Positions 1 through 8,610 of a DNA stretch of 64,000 nt are shown piece after piece (positions within the stretch are counted from its first letter, which is position 1; every line of letters begins with the position of its first letter). The translations under genes and the position numbers were made by a program. Source of the DNA: Trueperaceae bacterium (GTDB lineage: Bacteria; Deinococcota; Deinococci; Deinococcales; Trueperaceae); contig OZ243927.1 in the NCBI GenBank assembly GCA_965213925.1, positions 2,816,001-2,880,000 on the forward strand, in the 5' to 3' direction. The notes beneath the pieces were generated by a model. It saw only the letters and a program-made list of their open reading frames with translations, had not been told where the DNA came from and did no database searches.

Positions 1-145
1 GTATAATACAAGGAAAATAGGGGCGTAGCTGCGGTACTACGCCCTTCAAATGCTATAAAGAACGTACTTTTAGCTGTTTTTGAGGAGTATTGATGCACTT
101 TATTGATTTACGAACAACGTTACCTACTGACTCGAGCCTAGCCCT

Positions 146-1279
146 ATGAGCAGCCCCAAAGAACGAGTCCTCGAAACCTTCCAAACGCGCTATGACGCCG
201 AGCCCGCCTTCTTGGTCCGCGCCCCTGGCCGCGTCAACTTTATTGGCGAACACACCGACTACAACGGCGGCTTCGTTTTACCGCTCGCGATTGACCGAGC
301 GGTGTGGCTAGCGCTAAGACCACGTGAAGACTCGAGGGTTGAAGTTCATTCGCTCGAGTTCGGCAAAACGCGCAGCTTTAACCTGAACGGCTTCGGCAAA
401 GGCGAGGGGTGGTTGGAATACCTCAAAGGCACCGCGTGGGCGCTAAAAGGCGCGGGCTATGACCTTGAGGGCTGGGAGGGAGTTAGCGGGGGTGATGTGC
501 CGCGCGGCTCCGGGCTCTCCTCGTCGGCAGCTTTAGAACTCGCCACCGCGCGGGCGTTCGCCGCTGTTTCTGACCTTCCTTGGGACGCGGTGAAGATGGC
601 AAAGCTCGCCCAGAAAGCCGAAAACGACTGGGTGGGCGTGAGCTGCGGCATCATGGATCAGCTCGCGTCGGCGGCGGGACGCGAAGGGCACGCCCTCCTG
701 ATCGACTGCCGCTCTTTAGAGATCGAGGCCGTGCCCCTACCCGAGAACACTGCCGTTGTCGTTCTCAACACCACTGAGCAGCGCGGGCTGGTCGACTCGG
801 CGTACAACGAGCGCCGTCAACAATGCGAGGAAGCGGCGCGGGCGTTCGGGGTAGAGGCGTTACGGGATGTGAGCATAGAGAGGTTCGAAGCAGAGGCGAA
901 TAAACTCGAGGAGGTCACGAAGAAGCGGGCAAAACACGTGATAAGTGAAAACGCGCGGACGCTTAGAGCGGCGGACGCGATGAAACGTGGGAACGCAGCC
1001 GTGTTGGGCACACTGATAAACGAGAGCCACGCAAGTCTGAGAGATGACTTTGAGGTCTCGAGTGACGCGCTTGACGCGGTGGTCGAATGTGCGCTACAGG
1101 CAGGCTGCTACGGCGCACGCATGACCGGCGCGGGCTTCGGGGGCTGCGCCGTGGCGCTCGTGGCGCAAGAAGAGGTCGACGCCTTTGTTCAAGAGGTCGC
1201 GCCCTGCTACGAGGAGAAAACAGGGCGCAACGCGGAAATCTACGTTTGTCACGCCACGGAGGGCGCGGCGGTCGTCTAG
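146..1279 (+). CDS. galK: Galactokinase
   Basis: GRVNFIGEHTDY signature, PRGSGLSSSAA ATP loop, CGIMDQ, GARMTGAGFGG. Confidence 0.97.
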   Translation: MSSPKERVLETFQTRYDAEPAFLVRAPGRVNFIGEHTDYNGGFVLPLAIDRAVWLALRPREDSRVEVHSLEFGKTRSFNLNGFGKGEGWLEYLKGTAWALKGAGYDLEGWEGVSGGDVPRGSGLSSSAALELATARAFAAVSDLPWDAVKMAKLAQKAENDWVGVSCGIMDQLASAAGREGHALLIDCRSLEIEAVPLPENTAVVVLNTTEQRGLVDSAYNERRQQCEEAARAFGVEALRDVSIERFEAEANKLEEVTKKRAKHVISENARTLRAADAMKRGNAAVLGTLINESHASLRDDFEVSSDALDAVVECALQAGCYGARMTGAGFGGCAVALVAQEEVDAFVQEVAPCYEEKTGRNAEIYVCHATEGAAVV

Positions 1280-1429
1280 CTAACTGCCGTCTTCGTCATC
1301 GCCACCACGCCAGAGAAGAAAGTAGAGGATCACGGCGATGATGGCTAGAACCGCCGCCACCTCGACGAAGAGGAGCAGCTTTTCCCAGATGGACAGGTCG
1401 GGAATGGCTGAAAAGCTTTCGGGAATCAT
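1280..1429 (-). CDS. Small single-TM membrane protein (49 aa, MIPESFSAIPDLSIWEKLL...WRGGDDEDGS)
   Basis: AAAGGAG RBS 7 nt before ATG at 1429; one clear hydrophobic helix and an acidic tail. Confidence 0.7.
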   Translation of the reverse strand: MIPESFSAIPDLSIWEKLLLFVEVAAVLAIIAVILYFLLWRGGDDEDGS

Positions 1430-1564
1430 GCGAAGACTCCTTTGTGCTTTGAGATTTATGCCTTGAGACTGATGAACCGGCTTCAAAAGTAGAGGGTTGG
1501 CTGCTAGGTGTTCGCCAACACCTCTCTAAAACGCTACGCCACGCATCTTTATATATGAGACGCA

Positions 1565-1930
1565 CTACAACATATCCGCCCGCCTACTCTGCGTTACGGT
1601 AGGAGAGGGCTCTTTCTCGTCTCGGTTGCGCAACAATTCTATGAGGAACACCTGTGCGACGCCAAAGCTCAGCGCGCTTATAAACCAGTTGATCCAGCGG
1701 AGCGGGTTGTCCACGTTTTGCCGCAAATTGATCGTAATGACCGCCGGACGAAAGCCCCACCGCGTGATGAAGTAAACCGCACCGAAGGCGAAGACGACGC
1801 TGAAGATACTCATGATGAGGCGCGAACCGAGCCAAGCGTCAGGGACCCACCGTTTGCCGAAGCGGTTGACGAGGAAAAAGGTGATGAAGGATATGAGTAG
1901 AAAGATAAGTGTAGTGACAAAAACGTTCAT
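1565..1930 (-). CDS. Hypothetical 3-TM membrane protein (121 aa, MNVFVTTLIF...)
   Basis: GAGGAGG RBS upstream of ATG at 1930; three hydrophobic segments. Confidence 0.75.
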   Translation of the reverse strand: MNVFVTTLIFLLISFITFFLVNRFGKRWVPDAWLGSRLIMSIFSVVFAFGAVYFITRWGFRPAVITINLRQNVDNPLRWINWFISALSFGVAQVFLIELLRNRDEKEPSPTVTQSRRADML

Positions 1931-2107
1931 GCTGAGCACCTCCTCGATGCTATTGGACGCGAATGCGGACGTTGATAACTGAGAATACGGAGCGAACGGT
2001 AGGGTTGGGCGGCTCTCATTCTCCACCCTCCGCTTCTCCGTAGGGAACAACACTCCTACACGTTACTGCGTTCTCCATGCCTAGCGGCGACGTGATGCAG
2101 GTCAAGT

Positions 2108-4927
2108 TCATGAGTCACCCCGACTCGGCTGTAAAACCTCCGACTCCGAGGTTTCCGCGTCCGGCACCGGACGCCCGAGCCACCACACGCTGAGGCGCGT
2201 GATGATGAGCACGCCCAGCCCGAGCAGGGACGCTTTGAACCAGGCAAAGCTGTCAATAGGCGCAGAGCCGAACACGGCGTTCATACCGGGCAGGTAGATA
2301 AACGCCAGTTGCAGCGCGGCGAGCACGCCGACGCTCAAGATTACCCAGGGGTTGCGTCGCTCGGACAGGCTCAGGGGCCTAGTGGGCGCGCGGATCGCGA
2401 AGAGGTAGGCGAGCTGCGCCAAGACGATACCCGTGACAGTGAGCGTCTGTATTCGGGCGAGCGTGCGTTCCGGGGAGACACTGTCGGCTAGCGCGTCGGC
2501 CAAGCCGAGATAGCTTAGAATAAGCGTACCGACAGTGAGTAAAACGCTCATCAGGGCGATAAGGGTGAGGTTGGAGCGGCTCAAGAGGGCACTTTGGCGC
2601 GAGCCGAGCGGCGTGGGGATGGACTCGAGCGCCAGCGGCAACCCCAGCAAGAGGTTGGCGACCAGGTGAACCCAGAGCGCTTGGGTGGGCAAGAGCGGCA
2701 AGAGCGTGCCGTCTCCTAGTAAAAGGGCGTAGCCCGTGCTGACCGCCAAGATCGCGAGCAGCGCGATGTTGACGGGCAGCGCAAAGGTCAGGAGCCGCGT
2801 GACGGCGGTGCGCACCTTGCCGCCCTCTTGCAGGGCGGTCAAAAGCCCCCCGATATTGTCGTCCGCTAGCACCACGTCCGCGACCTCTTTCGCCACGGAC
2901 GTACCCGACACGCCCATCGAAACGCCCACGTCGGCTTGTTTCAGTGCGGGCGCGTCGTTGACGCCGTCCCCTGGCACCGCGACGACGTGACCGTCCGCCT
3001 GGAGCGCCTTGACAAGGTCCACCTTCTGCTCCGGCGTGACTCTAGCAAAAACGTCGTGGTCGCGAACGGCTTGCGCAAACTGTTTATCTGAAAGCGCCGC
3101 TAGTTCTTCGCCCGTGATGACCTCGTCGTCCTCTCTAAGAAGCCCCAAATCTTGCCCGGTCAGCCGCGCGGTGGCGGCGTGGTCGCCCGTGATCATCTTG
3201 ACGGCGAGCCCCGCTTTTCGGCACACGTGCAGCGTCGAGCGCGCCTCGGTGCGCACCGGGTCCACGACGCCGATAAGCCCTAAAAAGGTAAAGCCGTCCT
3301 CGACGTCGCTGGTGACGAGCCGCTCGGCAGGTTCGGGCGTACGGCGCTCCGCCAGGGCGATCACGCGCAAGCCTCGCGCCGCCCACGTTTCCGCCTCGCG
3401 GCGGATGCGCGCTACGTCGAGGTCGTGTCCGTCGCTCTGGACCACGCAGCGCGGCAGAACCTCGCCTGGGTCGCCGCGCAAGGAGATGAGCCCGTACCCG
3501 GCGGGCGTGCCGTGCGAGCTGGCGGTAAAACCGCGCCACGTCTTGAAAGGAAGCGTGTCGAGTCGCGGGTAGCTCTCGCGGAGGCGGTCCGCGTTGAGGC
3601 CGAGCTTATAGCCCGCCACGACGAGCGCCCCTTCGACGGGGTCGCCTGCAATAAACCAGCCGAGCCTATCGCGTTGGAGTTTGGCGTCGCTCGAGATCAC
3701 CCCCACCTTGAGCAAGTCTTCGCCGTTCGAGGAGAGCAGCCGGACCTGTTCGTCGTCAAAGCTGAGTAGTTGTCCTTCGGGCGCATACCCCTGACCGCTC
3801 AGGTGAAAGGGCAAGGGCGGCGTCCAGAGCGAGGTCGCGGTCATCTCGTTATGAGTGAGCGCCCCCGTCTTATTCGCCAGAATCGCCGTGACGCCGCCTA
3901 AAGTTTCCGTCGCCGCAAGGTGACGCAGCGCGACGCGGTGCGCGATCAAGCGCCAAATCCCGGCGGCGAGCGCGACGGTGACGAGAATCGGCAGACCAAC
4001 CGGCGCAGCCCCCACCGCAATCGCTGAAACGGTGAGTTTAATCTCTGCGAAGGTGAAGTCGCGCCAGACGCCGCCTAGAGCGACTAACGAGGCGAGAACG
4101 GCGATGGCGATTGTCAGCGCCCAACCGATGCGGTTAAAGGTCTTCGAGAAGGGCGGCGCGTCGTGCTTGATGCGCTGAATGAGCCCCGCTAGGTGTCCCA
4201 GTTCCGTCGCCATACCCGTCGCCACGACGATGCCCGCTGCGCCGCCGCTACTCACGTAGGTACCGCTATGGAGCATGCTGTGGCGGTCGCCTACACCGAC
4301 CTCTTCGGGTGTGGGGTCGGCGTGCTTGTCGACGGGCAGCGATTCGCCTGTCAAGGCGGACTGTTTGACGCGCAGGTTGTAGGAGCTTAAGAGGCGCAAA
4401 TCGGCGGGCACCCAAGCGTCCGCCTCTAAGGTCACGATGTCGCCCGGTACGAGGTCTTCAGCCGGAACGGAGAGCTTCTGCCCGCCGCGCAAAACCGTCG
4501 CCTCGTCCGGCACGATCTTAATGAGCGCGTCGAAGGAGCGGTTCGCCCGGTACGCCTGTACGAGCCCGATAGCGAGGTTGATGCTGACCGCGACAAGGAG
4601 CACCACGCCGTCTAGGACGAGCCCGAGCCAAAAAGCTAAGACGCTCGCCACTAAAAGAACGTAGTTGAGCGGGTTGCGAAACTGACGGCGCAAGAGGTGA
4701 GTAAAAGTCTCCCCTTCGATGCGCGTCAACGCATTTGCGCCCTCCTTATTGAGCCGCTTTTTCGCCTCTTCGCTACTTAGCCCCGCCTCACTACTATTAA
4801 GTAGCGCCAACGCTTGCCGCCCTGAGAGCGCGTGCCAGGGGTACTGGGTTTGCTTGCCTTGCGCACCTTCTCGGTTGTCCTGAGCTTGCCCTCGAGCTTG
4901 ACCTCGAGCTTTTTGGTCGTCAGACAT
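2108..4927 (-). CDS. P-type (IIA-like) ATPase homologue with degenerate catalytic and ion-binding motifs
   Basis: TGES, DPVR, MITGDH, FARVTPEQK and GDGVNDAPALKQADVG retained; DKTGT reads NKTGA and PEGL reads PVGL; AAAGGAG RBS. Confidence 0.92.
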   Translation of the reverse strand: MSDDQKARGQARGQAQDNREGAQGKQTQYPWHALSGRQALALLNSSEAGLSSEEAKKRLNKEGANALTRIEGETFTHLLRRQFRNPLNYVLLVASVLAFWLGLVLDGVVLLVAVSINLAIGLVQAYRANRSFDALIKIVPDEATVLRGGQKLSVPAEDLVPGDIVTLEADAWVPADLRLLSSYNLRVKQSALTGESLPVDKHADPTPEEVGVGDRHSMLHSGTYVSSGGAAGIVVATGMATELGHLAGLIQRIKHDAPPFSKTFNRIGWALTIAIAVLASLVALGGVWRDFTFAEIKLTVSAIAVGAAPVGLPILVTVALAAGIWRLIAHRVALRHLAATETLGGVTAILANKTGALTHNEMTATSLWTPPLPFHLSGQGYAPEGQLLSFDDEQVRLLSSNGEDLLKVGVISSDAKLQRDRLGWFIAGDPVEGALVVAGYKLGLNADRLRESYPRLDTLPFKTWRGFTASSHGTPAGYGLISLRGDPGEVLPRCVVQSDGHDLDVARIRREAETWAARGLRVIALAERRTPEPAERLVTSDVEDGFTFLGLIGVVDPVRTEARSTLHVCRKAGLAVKMITGDHAATARLTGQDLGLLREDDEVITGEELAALSDKQFAQAVRDHDVFARVTPEQKVDLVKALQADGHVVAVPGDGVNDAPALKQADVGVSMGVSGTSVAKEVADVVLADDNIGGLLTALQEGGKVRTAVTRLLTFALPVNIALLAILAVSTGYALLLGDGTLLPLLPTQALWVHLVANLLLGLPLALESIPTPLGSRQSALLSRSNLTLIALMSVLLTVGTLILSYLGLADALADSVSPERTLARIQTLTVTGIVLAQLAYLFAIRAPTRPLSLSERRNPWVILSVGVLAALQLAFIYLPGMNAVFGSAPIDSFAWFKASLLGLGVLIITRLSVWWLGRPVPDAETSESEVLQPSRGDS

Positions 4928-4995
4928 ACCGCTCCTTTCTCTTAGGCATTTTAGCCCCTCGCCGGGAGGACGCGCCGTCCACGCTAGGTGCCGCC

Positions 4996-5550
4996 CTATT
5001 CGTGGGCTTCATGACCTCCACCTTCATGACCGCCGCTATGGTGGCTCAGATAGATCGCGCCGCCCATTGCCAAGATGCCCAGGCTTAAGAGGAGCAAGTC
5101 GAGGGTGGTGTCGTAGTCGAGCCCCAACGCCTGCTGCAAAAACTTCACCACTAAAATAAGTACGATAACCCGAGCCAAGCGTCCTTTAAGCCCTTCAAAC
5201 GAGTTAATATCTAGTATACGACTTGCTACCTCGGTCCCTTCGGCGCTCCGGACGTTACCGATAAACTGCCGGTAGAGCCCGAGCGTAAAGATGAAGAGCG
5301 CCGAGGCGATGAGGTACCCGTCGATAACGCCCACCACACCGCTAATCATCTGCGCGCGAAAGTCGGTGCGCGCCTCTAAGTCGAGCGACGCGTCGACGTA
5401 ACCCGAGACGCGCAAGGTGAGGTAAAAGGCGTCCACCGTCGTAATAAAGAGCATCAGTAGCCACATGAAGAAACTCGCGATGACCGCGACGAGCGTGAGA
5501 ACGCGGCTCTGCCAGAGCGCCGCTTCGAAAACGTAACCGATAACTTTCAT
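4996..5550 (-). CDS. YqhA/UPF0114 family membrane protein
   Basis: LWQSR N-terminus, IDGYLIA..IFTLGLY, LDINSFEGLKGRLA..IVLILVVKF pattern; four TM segments. Confidence 0.85.
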   Translation of the reverse strand: MKVIGYVFEAALWQSRVLTLVAVIASFFMWLLMLFITTVDAFYLTLRVSGYVDASLDLEARTDFRAQMISGVVGVIDGYLIASALFIFTLGLYRQFIGNVRSAEGTEVASRILDINSFEGLKGRLARVIVLILVVKFLQQALGLDYDTTLDLLLLSLGILAMGGAIYLSHHSGGHEGGGHEAHE

Positions 5551-6183
5551 GTACTATACCTTTTCTAACATCCATGTTTGAAAGAACATGTTGACAATTG
5601 CTGTACAGTTGGTTTTGCGCGCTCGAGCCGAAAGACGAAACGCATTGAAGGTGCAGTCGGGGCGAATAAAGTGGTGCATCCTCTCTCCTCATTGATAGTA
5701 CAAGGGTGACACTTGCGTGAGACACCTCGAGAAGACCATGACAAAACAGGTCACCAAACAGGCTTATTGTGTCACACATTCGAAGGGGGTTGTTTCGGAC
5801 GGTATAAAGTCAACTTTGAAAGGTCAGCGAAGTCCGCGCAAGACGAACGTTGACTCGGCTGAGCCGCGGGCTCTACACAAGACTACAGATTGTTTTAGAG
5901 CGTTGCAGAAGATGCCCGAAGCCTGACCTTATGGGTAGGATCGCAGCTCCTCGGCGTGGTTCCACCCGAGCGCGTCGCGGGCCACCAAAGACGAACGAAT
6001 AGGGACGCAGCAGATACAGGCGTTCAAAGGAGACATCGTGTAAAAAGTATAGCCGAGCTATCTGCTCAAGGTTGTCTTGTAAGATAGGGTAAACGGGCGT
6101 GAGGCGCGGCCAGAAGAGATATACGCTGCAGCGCTACGGTTTGGCGCGAGCCCTTCCCTTTTCGATTTGGGGTAGTCTAGGCT

Positions 6184-6474
6184 ATGCGAAGCGGCTACAG
6201 CGTCGAACAGGTCTTTTTGAGACTGCGCGGCGGCTCGGTGAAAGTAGAACTCGTTTTGGTCGCCCCGAGTGGCGCGCTCAAGCACGACACGCTGAGCTTT
6301 CCGACCCGCAGCGAATTAGAAGCGACGAAGCGCAGCGCGGCGCATCTAGCCGCCAGAGGCGACGTAGACAGCACGAGCGGCGTGAGGGTTCGCGTCGAGC
6401 GGCGCGGCGCGCTAAAAGACGAAAAGTCACTCCGAAAGCTCTTTACAGAAACCTTTGAAGACGAATTAGGGTGA
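6184..6474 (+). CDS. Hypothetical protein (96 aa)
   Basis: Leaderless-type TAGTCT box 5 nt before ATG; plausible globular composition. Confidence 0.65.
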   Translation: MRSGYSVEQVFLRLRGGSVKVELVLVAPSGALKHDTLSFPTRSELEATKRSAAHLAARGDVDSTSGVRVRVERRGALKDEKSLRKLFTETFEDELG

Positions 6475-6813
6475 AGCCTGGGGGCTTTCCCCGTTTCGCG
6501 CAAGCTTCTCACGGTCTACTAGGCTGACAAGCTGCTGCGCCAACGCTATGTTCCCCTGCACCTTGAGCTTGCCGCCCATAAATGCCGCCAGCCCGTTCAG
6601 CTCACCTGTAACGAGCTTCACGAGGTCTTCCCCGCTGATTCTGACGGTTACGTCGGGGTTCTCCGCTCGCCCGTCGTGGACCTCCATCACACCCCCATCC
6701 ACGGTGTGATAGACGGGCTCTTCGGTATCGAACTGCACGGACGCTTTCAATTCTTTCGCGGCGTCGCTGTCGAAGGCGCGGGGCAGGTTGTAGAGCATCT
6801 CTTTGGCAGTCAT
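6466..6813 (-). CDS. SCP2 sterol/lipid-binding domain protein
   Basis: PDVTVRIS..D..L..GELNGLAAFMGGKLKVQGN motif; TATAAT 5 nt before ATG; divergent from acyl-CoA dehydrogenases. Confidence 0.92.
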   Translation of the reverse strand: MTAKEMLYNLPRAFDSDAAKELKASVQFDTEEPVYHTVDGGVMEVHDGRAENPDVTVRISGEDLVKLVTGELNGLAAFMGGKLKVQGNIALAQQLVSLVDREKLARNGESPQASP

Positions 6814-6869
6814 GGTGGATTATAGCGGACGCCTCAAACACATAACTTGTGCGGGTGTAGCTTTTTTGG

Positions 6870-6983
6870 GAGCAATGAGTTGAAAGCAATCCAGTCGAGC
6901 TGGTGTACGTAAGTCCTCACGTAGTGAACGAACGGTGAGCAATGAGTAAAAAACAAAAGCCTTCTACTTTCAACTCATTGCTC
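6870..6983. repeat. Palindromic intergenic repeat built on GCAATGA units
   Basis: 17-bp perfect inverted repeat GAGCAATGAGTTGAAAG (6870-6886) / CTTTCAACTCATTGCTC (6967-6983); related sequence at 23621-23638 and 31346-31404. Confidence 0.8.
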
Positions 6984-7086
6984 GTTGCTGCTTTTTTTGT
7001 ACGTGCATAGTGGGGCTCGAGCCCAGCTCAAACGTCCGCGCCGTATACTGAGGAGATGACTCTTTTCAGTTTGGGACGCCTTTAAG

Positions 7087-8232
7087 ATGGACTTCGCCCT
7101 CTCCGACGACCTCTTGATGATGAGGCGCGCCGTGCGCGACTTTGCTCAGAATGAGATTGCCTCGGTCGCATCGCAGCTCGACAAAAAGCCGTGCTTTCCC
7201 TGGAAGACCTTGCGGCAGATGGGCGAACTGGGGCTCTTAGGGATCACGACGCCGGAGCGCTACGGCGGCTCAGGTTTGGACACACTTTCTTACGCCGTGC
7301 TCTTAGAGGAAATCTCCGCCGCCGACGCCGCCCACGGCACCATTATGAGCGTCACGAACGGGCTGCCCCAAACGATGCTCCTCACCTACGGCACGGACGC
7401 GCAAAAAGAGCGCTATCTCCCTCGTCTCGCCTCGGGCGAATGGATAGGCTCCTTTTGCCTTTCCGAGCCGCATTCAGGCTCGGACGCCGTGGCGATGACG
7501 ACGCGGGCGAAAAAGGTCGAGGGCGGCTACGAACTCTCGGGCACGAAAGCTTGGATCACCTCGGGCGGCGAAGCGCACGTCTATCTCGTGATGGCAAAGA
7601 CCGACCCCGACGCGGGCGCAAGGGGGGTTTCGTGCTTCGTGGTCGAAAAGGGCACGCCGGGCGTGAGCTTCGGTAAGCCGGAAGAAAAGTTGGGTCAGCA
7701 CGCCGCCATCACCACGAGCGTCACCTTTGATGAATGTTTCGTCTCGGATGACGCGCTTCTAGGACCGGAGGGGCAGGGTTTCATCATCGCGATGGCGTCC
7801 CTTGACGGCGGGCGCATCGGCATCGCGGCGCAGGCGGTAGGGATTGCGCGCGCCGCCTTCGAAGCTGCCAGAGATTACGCCAATGAGCGCCAGTCGTTCG
7901 GCAAACCGATCCGGGAGTATCAGGGAATCAGCTTTAAGTTGGCGGACATGGCGACGCGCCTAGACGCCGCGAGGCTCCTCACCCACCGCGCTGCCTGGCT
8001 CAAGGATAGGGGCTTTCGCATGACCCAAGAGGCGTCGATGGCGAAGCTCTTCGCGTCCGAGGCGTCGTCCTTTATCACGCACCAGGCGGTGCAAATTTTT
8101 GGCGGGTACGGCTACTCGAAGGACTATCCGGTGGAGCGCTACTTCCGCGACGCCCGCGTTACCGAAATCTACGAAGGCACCAGCGAAGTGCAGCGCATGG
8201 TCATCGCGCGGCAGATGTATAGAGATAGATGA
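7087..8232 (+). CDS. Acyl-CoA dehydrogenase (short-chain/butyryl type)
   Basis: CLSEPHSGSD, GTKAWITSG, RQSFGKPI, QIFGGYGY, IYEGTSEVQR. Confidence 0.96.
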   Translation: MDFALSDDLLMMRRAVRDFAQNEIASVASQLDKKPCFPWKTLRQMGELGLLGITTPERYGGSGLDTLSYAVLLEEISAADAAHGTIMSVTNGLPQTMLLTYGTDAQKERYLPRLASGEWIGSFCLSEPHSGSDAVAMTTRAKKVEGGYELSGTKAWITSGGEAHVYLVMAKTDPDAGARGVSCFVVEKGTPGVSFGKPEEKLGQHAAITTSVTFDECFVSDDALLGPEGQGFIIAMASLDGGRIGIAAQAVGIARAAFEAARDYANERQSFGKPIREYQGISFKLADMATRLDAARLLTHRAAWLKDRGFRMTQEASMAKLFASEASSFITHQAVQIFGGYGYSKDYPVERYFRDARVTEIYEGTSEVQRMVIARQMYRDR

Positions 8233-8600
8233 GACGAATTATCTACGACAAACACGGGAAGCCGAGGCTTTACGTCACCGGAGCAGGGGTCGTGTATGGG
8301 CTCGACAATCACGTCCGCGGCTTTGTCCAAAACGAACAACTCGCCGACGAGCGCGGCGCGATAAGAGGGTGGTTTGACGGTGACTTCTTGTGGGACGTGG
8401 AAGGCTACCTCGTGGGCTTCGTCAAAGGTGCCAAACCTCCGCAAAGCTTGACGTTACCCAAAACGCGACCGCTCAGGGTCAAACCGCAACCGACGCCCGC
8501 ACTTCTAGCGCCTTTTTTGCAGATGCAACCCAAACCCAAACTTCTCTTCGAGTGGTCCGAGCGGGAGCTTGAAGAGGTGTTCTCGAGTCCCGCGGTTTAA
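8229..8600 (+). CDS. 4-fold beta-flower-like domain protein
   Basis: Repeated IYDKHGKP / VYGLDNHVRGF / LWDVEGYLVGF units and Pro-rich tail; ATGA overlap with upstream gene. Confidence 0.65.
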   Translation: MRRIIYDKHGKPRLYVTGAGVVYGLDNHVRGFVQNEQLADERGAIRGWFDGDFLWDVEGYLVGFVKGAKPPQSLTLPKTRPLRVKPQPTPALLAPFLQMQPKPKLLFEWSERELEEVFSSPAV

Positions 8601-8610
8601 GGAGTTATCC

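Noticed and set aside
21..44. GGGCGTAG/CTACGCCC hairpin at window start
   Set aside because: Could be a terminator or REP for an upstream gene, but context is missing and there is no clear U-tract
4880..4910. 12-bp tandem repeat giving ARGQARGQAQ at the ATPase N-terminus
   Set aside because: Short in-frame low-complexity repeat in a disordered tail; no sign of phase variation
5680..6183. Long intergenic region as a riboswitch or ncRNA upstream of the ATPase operon
   Set aside because: No recognisable yybP-ykoY, M-box or c-di-AMP consensus by eye; an Rfam scan is needed to exclude it
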